From the NCBI GenBank assembly GCA_963724765.1, contig CAVRVY010000001.1, positions 288,001 to 352,000 of the forward strand: a DNA stretch of 64,000 nt, given 5' to 3'. The DNA comes from an uncultured delta proteobacterium. Its GTDB lineage: Bacteria > Desulfobacterota > Binatia > Binatales > Binataceae. The position numbers and the translations under genes were made by a program. Of the stretch, positions 58,840 through 64,000 are shown one piece after another. How positions within the stretch are numbered: the stretch's first letter is position 1; each line of letters begins with the position of its first letter. Under the pieces are notes generated by a model. That model saw only the letters and a program-made list of their open reading frames with translations. It searched no databases and had not been told where the DNA came from.

Positions 58840-61374
58840 ATGAGCGCACCACCGTTCTGGAACGAGACTACAGCCGCGCTGACTGAGGCGCTGGGCAGCG
58901 GGCCTGCCGGTCTCACGCCTGACGAGGCCAATCGCCGTCGGTCGGTTTACGGCCCGAACGACGCCGCCGCACCGAAACGCCGATCGCCCTGGCTGAGCTT
59001 CCTTGCCCGCTTCGCCAATCCGCTGGTGCTCATCCTGTTATTCGCCAGTGTCCTGTCCGCCGTCACCGGAGATGTCGACAGCTTCATCACGGTCGTGACG
59101 ATCATAATGCTCAGCGTGCTGATGGATTTTGTTCAGGAGATGCGCGCCCAGAGTGCCGTCGACGCCTTGCAAGCAAAGGTGGCGCTGCGCGCCTGCGCCG
59201 TCCGCGGAGGCCAGGAGGTCACGGTCCTGGTGATCGAACTGGTGCCGGGCGACGTGGTGAAATTGTCCGCAGGCGACCTTGTGCCGGCGGATGGACGATT
59301 GCTGGCCGCGCGTGATTTCTATGTGAACGAGGCGCTGCTGACGGGCGAATCCTACCCGGTGGAGAAGCGCGCCGTCGAGGCGCCCAGGTCAGTCGCAGAC
59401 CTGGTCGTGGCCGAAGGCGCCGCCCTGGCCGGCACTTCCGTGGTCAGTGGCATTGCGACCTTGCTGATCTGCGCGACCGGGCGGCAGACGGCGCTCGGCA
59501 GGCTGGCTGACACGCTGATCGCGAAACCACCGCCGACCGCGTTCCAGATCGGACTGCATCGGTTCAGCATGCTGATGCTGCGCATCACCATGCTGCTGGT
59601 GCTGTTCGTGCTGACCGAGAGCATCTGGTTTCGTCGCGGCTGGCTGGAATCACTGATGTTCGCGGCGGCCCTGGCTGTGGGACTGACGCCCGAGCTGCTG
59701 CCGATGATCGTGACCATCACGCTCGCGCGCGGCGCGGTGCGGATGGCGCGTCAGCGGGTGATCGTCAAGCGCCTGGCGGCAATCCATAACCTTGGCGCGA
59801 TAGAGGTGTTGTGCACGGACAAGACCGGCACTCTCACCGAGGCGCGCATGCGGCTGGTGCGCGCAGTCGATCCCGCGGGCGCCGAAAGCCAGCGCGTATT
59901 CGAGCTTGCCTGGCTCAATAGTCACTTTGAAACCGGTCTGAAGAGTCCGTTGGATGAAGCTATCATTGACCGTGGCAGCGTGGACGCGAGCGCCTGGCGC
60001 AAGCTCGACGAGGTGCCCTTTGACTTCGAGCGCCGGCGGGTTTCGGTACTGATCGAGAAGGACCGGGAGCGGCTGGTGATCGTCAAGGGCGCGCCGGAGG
60101 ATGTCCTGCGCTTGTGCAGCGCGGTCGAGCAGCCGGATGGCACTTCGAGGCCGCTAGCGGAGGCGCAGCGCGCGGAACTGATGGCGAGCTTTGAGCGCAT
60201 CGGCGAGGAAGGCTGCCGAGCGCTGGGCGTGGCTTATAGCCGCGTGGGCCCGAATCACGCGACGGCCGAGGTCGCTGACGAGACGGAACTCGTTTTCGCC
60301 GGCTTCGTGGTCTTTCTGGATCCGCCCAAAGCGTCCGCGGCCACCGCGATCCGCGCCATGGCGAACGACGGCGTCGCCGTCAAGATCCTCACCGGTGACA
60401 ACGAGCGGGTGGCCACCCATTTGTGCGCCCAGCTCGGAATCGAGCTGCTGGGCGTCGTGACCGGCGATGAATTGTCGGCGCTCAGCGACGAGGCTCTGTT
60501 GGCCCGCCTGCACCGGGTAAACTTGTTTTGCCGGGTGACACCCCCGCAGAAGCTGCGTGTGCTGCTGGCGTTGAAGCGTGCGGGACAGGCGGTGGGCTTC
60601 CTTGGCGATGGGATCAACGACGCGCCGGCGCTCCATGCCGCGGATGTCGGCATTTCGGTCGAGAGCGCCGCCGACGTGGCCAAGGCGGCAGCCGAGATTG
60701 TACTGCTGGAGCGCGACCTCGGCGTCCTGCATGAAGGAGTTATGGAAGGCCGCCGCACGGTCGTCAATGTGGACAAATACGTTCTGATGGCGAGCAGCGC
60801 CAACTTCGGCAACATCGTCAGTATGGCGCTTGCCGGTCTCATCCTGCCCTTCCTCCCGCTGCTGCCGATCCAGGTGCTGCTGACCAATCTGATCTACGAC
60901 GTCGCGCAGACCGCCCTGCCATTCGACCGGGTAGACCGCGAAGCCGTTGCTCAGCCGGTGCGTTGGGACATGCGCCTGGTCGAGCGCTTCATGCTGGTGA
61001 TGGGCCCGATCAGCACGGCGTTCGACATGCTGACGTTCGCCGTGCTGATGCTGCTGTTCCGGGCTACAGAGGAACAGTTCCGCACCGGCTGGTTCATCGA
61101 ATCCCTGGTGACCCAGATCCTGATGATCTTTTCGGTGCGCACCCGCCGCCATCTATTCGCCAGCCGGCCTCACGCGGCCGTCACACTGCTCGCGATCGGA
61201 GCCTCCGCGCTGACCGTGACTCTCCCGTTCCTGCCGATAGGGTCGTGGTTTCAGTTCGTAGGGCCGCCGTGGTCCTATTATCTGTTCCTGACGTTGGTGG
61301 TGGCCGGGTTCTTGATCGCCGTGGAGGCCGTCAAGCGCATCTTCTACACGCACCTGGCCGGCGGACGTGAGTAG
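58840..61374 (+). CDS. mgtA: Magnesium-translocating P-type ATPase
   Basis: LTGES, PELLPMI, DKTGTLT, VPFDFERRR, GDGINDAPAL, SANFGN, FRTGWFIESL. Confidence 0.9.
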   Translation: MSAPPFWNETTAALTEALGSGPAGLTPDEANRRRSVYGPNDAAAPKRRSPWLSFLARFANPLVLILLFASVLSAVTGDVDSFITVVTIIMLSVLMDFVQEMRAQSAVDALQAKVALRACAVRGGQEVTVLVIELVPGDVVKLSAGDLVPADGRLLAARDFYVNEALLTGESYPVEKRAVEAPRSVADLVVAEGAALAGTSVVSGIATLLICATGRQTALGRLADTLIAKPPPTAFQIGLHRFSMLMLRITMLLVLFVLTESIWFRRGWLESLMFAAALAVGLTPELLPMIVTITLARGAVRMARQRVIVKRLAAIHNLGAIEVLCTDKTGTLTEARMRLVRAVDPAGAESQRVFELAWLNSHFETGLKSPLDEAIIDRGSVDASAWRKLDEVPFDFERRRVSVLIEKDRERLVIVKGAPEDVLRLCSAVEQPDGTSRPLAEAQRAELMASFERIGEEGCRALGVAYSRVGPNHATAEVADETELVFAGFVVFLDPPKASAATAIRAMANDGVAVKILTGDNERVATHLCAQLGIELLGVVTGDELSALSDEALLARLHRVNLFCRVTPPQKLRVLLALKRAGQAVGFLGDGINDAPALHAADVGISVESAADVAKAAAEIVLLERDLGVLHEGVMEGRRTVVNVDKYVLMASSANFGNIVSMALAGLILPFLPLLPIQVLLTNLIYDVAQTALPFDRVDREAVAQPVRWDMRLVERFMLVMGPISTAFDMLTFAVLMLLFRATEEQFRTGWFIESLVTQILMIFSVRTRRHLFASRPHAAVTLLAIGASALTVTLPFLPIGSWFQFVGPPWSYYLFLTLVVAGFLIAVEAVKRIFYTHLAGGRE

Positions 61375-61472
61375 CGCGTTGCGTTGGGCCCGATCAGGAT
61401 TCTGGCCGCTGACGGAATTCGGCAGTCGACTGAAGTTTGAGCAGGGCACGCGAGCGCGCGCCAGGCTGCCGT

Positions 61473-61934
61473 CTATTTTTCCTGGATGCTCTTGATGTAA
61501 CTGACCATATTTGAGATCCGCGCCTTTACCTTCGCTTCGCTCTCAGGGGTAAACTCTTTTCCTTCCTGCTGAAGAGTGGTCCCCCAAAAAGGCATATCGA
61601 TGCGTGAATGCGCGGGAATGCCGGCCCGGCCGTCGATTGATTGGTACACGCGCTCCGCCGGAAACACACCCCCATTGTTCCCGCTCAATTTCGTGAGGTC
61701 CGGCGGCTTGACTCCGGGAATGAAATAGAGCGCCTCTCCATGACCCTTGCCGTCTTTGCCATGACAGGAAGCGCAGTTCTGCTCGAAATCCTGCTTGCCC
61801 GTCGTGTCTGCCCGGAGGTTCGTCGCGCCGGCGGCAAATACCAGCATTGCAACAATCCAAACGCTAACTCCACGCCCGAGGAATTCAATCCACCATCGTG
61901 ATCTGCATCTCATATCTTCCACTATCTTCCACAA
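61473..61934 (-). CDS. Monoheme c-type cytochrome
   Basis: CASCHG heme motif, PPDLT, IDGR, DMPFWG; start uncertain. Confidence 0.9.
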   Translation of the reverse strand: MWKIVEDMRCRSRWWIEFLGRGVSVWIVAMLVFAAGATNLRADTTGKQDFEQNCASCHGKDGKGHGEALYFIPGVKPPDLTKLSGNNGGVFPAERVYQSIDGRAGIPAHSRIDMPFWGTTLQQEGKEFTPESEAKVKARISNMVSYIKSIQEK

Positions 61935-62076
61935 AGGGACCTTCGATCGTGCCTAGGCAGCTTCATGTTCTTGTATCACCCGACATAGCGGGGGCAAAGA
62001 CGCCGCCGGACGGGCACAGCCAGGAAGGTACTTGACGCGATGGTTATATTTACCAGCAAGAGGCCAAAGGCAATTT

Positions 62077-63087
62077 ATGAAGCGGGTTTTACGGCATGTG
62101 CTGAACGAATCGCCCAACGAGGGTGCGCAGTCGGCGAACGATTTAGGGAGTGATAGCGGGCTGCTGGACGCCTACTCGGAGGCGGTCGCGAATGCAGCCC
62201 AACGGGTAAGCCCGGCGGTGGTAAATATCGAGGTCTTCCGGCAAAAAGGCGAGAACGAACTGCCGGCTGGCACCGGCACGGGCTTCGTTTTCACCCCCGA
62301 CGGGTTTGTCCTCACCAACAGCCACGTAGTCGCGCACGCGCATCGCATCAGCGTGACCTTGCTCGATGGACGTCGCGCCGAAGGCGCGCTCGTCGGGTCG
62401 GACCCGCACAGTGATATCGCAGTCGTGAGACTCGGCGCGTCGTCGCTGGCCGCGGCGGCGCTCGGCGACTCGGGCAAGCTGCGCGTGGGGCAACTCGCGA
62501 TCGCAATCGGAAGTCCGTACGGCTTTCAGTGTACGGTCACGGCCGGAGTGGTGAGCGCACTGGGACGCTCGCTGAGGTCGCAGTCGGGCCGGTTGATCGA
62601 CGATGTGATTCAGACCGACGCCGCGCTTAATCCGGGCAATTCCGGCGGCCCGCTGGTGAACTCGCGAGGCGAGGTAATAGGCGTCAACACCGCAGTGATT
62701 TTACCGGCGCAGGGAATCTGCTTTGCGATCGGAATCAACACCGCAAAGTACGTGGCCGCGCGTCTGATCCGCGATGGCCGGATCGTGCGCGCGTACGTCG
62801 GCGTGGCCGGAATGACCGCTCCGCTGCATCGGCGGTTCGTACGCTTTTATCGTCTGGCCAGGGAGACCGGCGTAATGGTGACCTCGGTCGAGCCCGGAAG
62901 TCCGGCGGACAAGGCGGGAGTGATGCCGCGCGATATCATCATCGCTTACGGTGCGAGCCCGGTCGGCGCGGTGGACGATCTGCACCGCTTTTTGTCCGAA
63001 GAGCAGATTGGCACGAGAGCCGAACTGACGGTGATACGGGGAACGGAACGGTTGCGGCTGGAAATTGTGCCGTCAAAGTCGATTTAG
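62077..63087 (+). CDS. HtrA/DegP-like trypsin serine protease with PDZ domain
   Basis: LTNSHVV, SDIAVV, IQTDAALNPGNSGGPL, SPADKAG. Confidence 0.95.
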   Translation: MKRVLRHVLNESPNEGAQSANDLGSDSGLLDAYSEAVANAAQRVSPAVVNIEVFRQKGENELPAGTGTGFVFTPDGFVLTNSHVVAHAHRISVTLLDGRRAEGALVGSDPHSDIAVVRLGASSLAAAALGDSGKLRVGQLAIAIGSPYGFQCTVTAGVVSALGRSLRSQSGRLIDDVIQTDAALNPGNSGGPLVNSRGEVIGVNTAVILPAQGICFAIGINTAKYVAARLIRDGRIVRAYVGVAGMTAPLHRRFVRFYRLARETGVMVTSVEPGSPADKAGVMPRDIIIAYGASPVGAVDDLHRFLSEEQIGTRAELTVIRGTERLRLEIVPSKSI

Positions 63088-63247
63088 TTTTGCGCCAATC
63101 CGATTCGACCTTGACGGATTCTTTCGATCTGCGCGACGCTGCAACCGGTACGGTGCGCCGCCGCAGCCGGTACAGATTGAGTATTCCTCGATCGAAGGGG
63201 AAAGCCACGCGGCTCCAGGACAAAGTTGCTATCGCGGCCGGATACTC

Positions 63248-63378
63248 TCATTCCGTGAGAACCGATTCGATGCGCCGGTCGGGGACCAGCCACATCAGCG
63301 CAACCACAACGTACAGCGTCATCGCGATCCTCGGACGGAGGAAGGCCAACGGAATCGGGACCGCGTAAAGCAACAAGT
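63248..63378 (-). pseudogene. C-terminal remnant of a TMEM175/DUF1211-family protein
   Basis: LLLYAVPIPLAFLRPRIAMTLYVVVALMWLVPDRRIESVLTE*; no upstream ORF. Confidence 0.7.
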
Positions 63379-63457
63379 GCGGCGAAGCTGGCGATGTCTA
63401 TTTGATGACTGATTCTAACCCGTTTACATTCGAAATTCTTGAGTTATTGTTGTCGAC

Positions 63458-64000
63458 ATGAATCAAAAGACAGAAATTGCGGTCTTTGGCGGCGGATGCT
63501 TCTGGTGCACGGAAGCGGTGTTTGAACGGCTCAAGGGCGTAGTCTCTGTGATGCCCGGGTATGCGGGCGGCAGCGTCGCAAATCCGACCTACGCACAGGT
63601 TTGCACCGGCGAAACCGGGCATGCCGAAGTTACCCGAGTCAAATATGATCCTGCCGAGATCTCCTACAATGACCTGCTGGTCGTGTTTTTCGCGACCCAC
63701 GATTCAACCTCGTTGAATCGGCAAGGAGCGGACGTCGGGACCGAGTACCGTTCGGTCGTCTTCTATACAACAGACGATCAAAGACGGGATGCGCAAGCAT
63801 TGATCAATCAGCTAAACAGTTCCGACCCGGCAGGCAAGCCGATTGTGACCGAAGTACTTCCGCTGAACGCGTTTTACGAGGCTGAAGACTATCATCAGGA
63901 ATACTATCGCAACAATTCGCTCGCGCCTTACTGCCAGATTGTCATCGATCCAAAGCTGCGCAAGCTGCATAAGCAATTCAGCGCGTTACTTAAATCGTCG
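63458..64000 (+). CDS. msrA: Peptide-methionine (S)-S-oxide reductase, runs off window end
   Basis: MNQKTEIAVFGGGCFWCTEA, GYAGG, TGHAE, RQGADVGTEYRS, FYEAEDYHQEYY (not in the ORF track). Confidence 0.96.
   Translation, partial: MNQKTEIAVFGGGCFWCTEAVFERLKGVVSVMPGYAGGSVANPTYAQVCTGETGHAEVTRVKYDPAEISYNDLLVVFFATHDSTSLNRQGADVGTEYRSVVFYTTDDQRRDAQALINQLNSSDPAGKPIVTEVLPLNAFYEAEDYHQEYYRNNSLAPYCQIVIDPKLRKLHKQFSALLKSS

Noticed and set aside
11042-61152. Many long antisense or alternate-frame ORFs (e.g. 11042..11926, 15495..16433, 28799..29842, 60154..61152)
   Set aside because: Shadows of well-supported genes in GC-rich DNA.
1-64000. tRNA, rRNA, riboswitch or intact prophage/IS
   Set aside because: None recognised by eye; a covariance-model scan was not possible.

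Overview
GC-rich bacterial chromosomal window. Gene content and style suggest a Gram-negative soil organism such as Ca. Binatota (inference only). It has four blocks. (1) 1-3 kb: a decayed mobile-element edge with an ImmA/IrrE peptidase-XRE pair, integrase and IS21 istB remnants and an excisionase-like HTH. (2) 3.5-40 kb: a periplasm/envelope island with four Cys-type sulfatases, a GAF kinase/FixJ-type two-component system, pqiA-pqiA-pqiB-pqiC, DUF3313, DUF2092, two DUF4239 proteins, a K+ channel, an amine oxidase and FadL. (3) 40.6-51.4 kb: sulfate assimilation (sir-cysH-unknown-cysG) divergent from lipoprotein-porin-sbp-cysTWA. (4) 51.5-64 kb: a sigma-54 activator/PAS kinase/receiver set with three sigma-54 promoter matches, a stress-type cluster (CBS, CoA transferase, Hsp20, BCAM0308-like), mgtA, cytochrome c, an HtrA protease and msrA. 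The best novel signal is an 18-bp palindromic motif (ATnGkAC-CAAR-GTmCnAT) in five intergenic regions of the sulfatase island, a candidate regulon of the resident FixJ-type regulator. Several single-base lesions may be sequencing errors. Family names come from motif recognition, not database searches.
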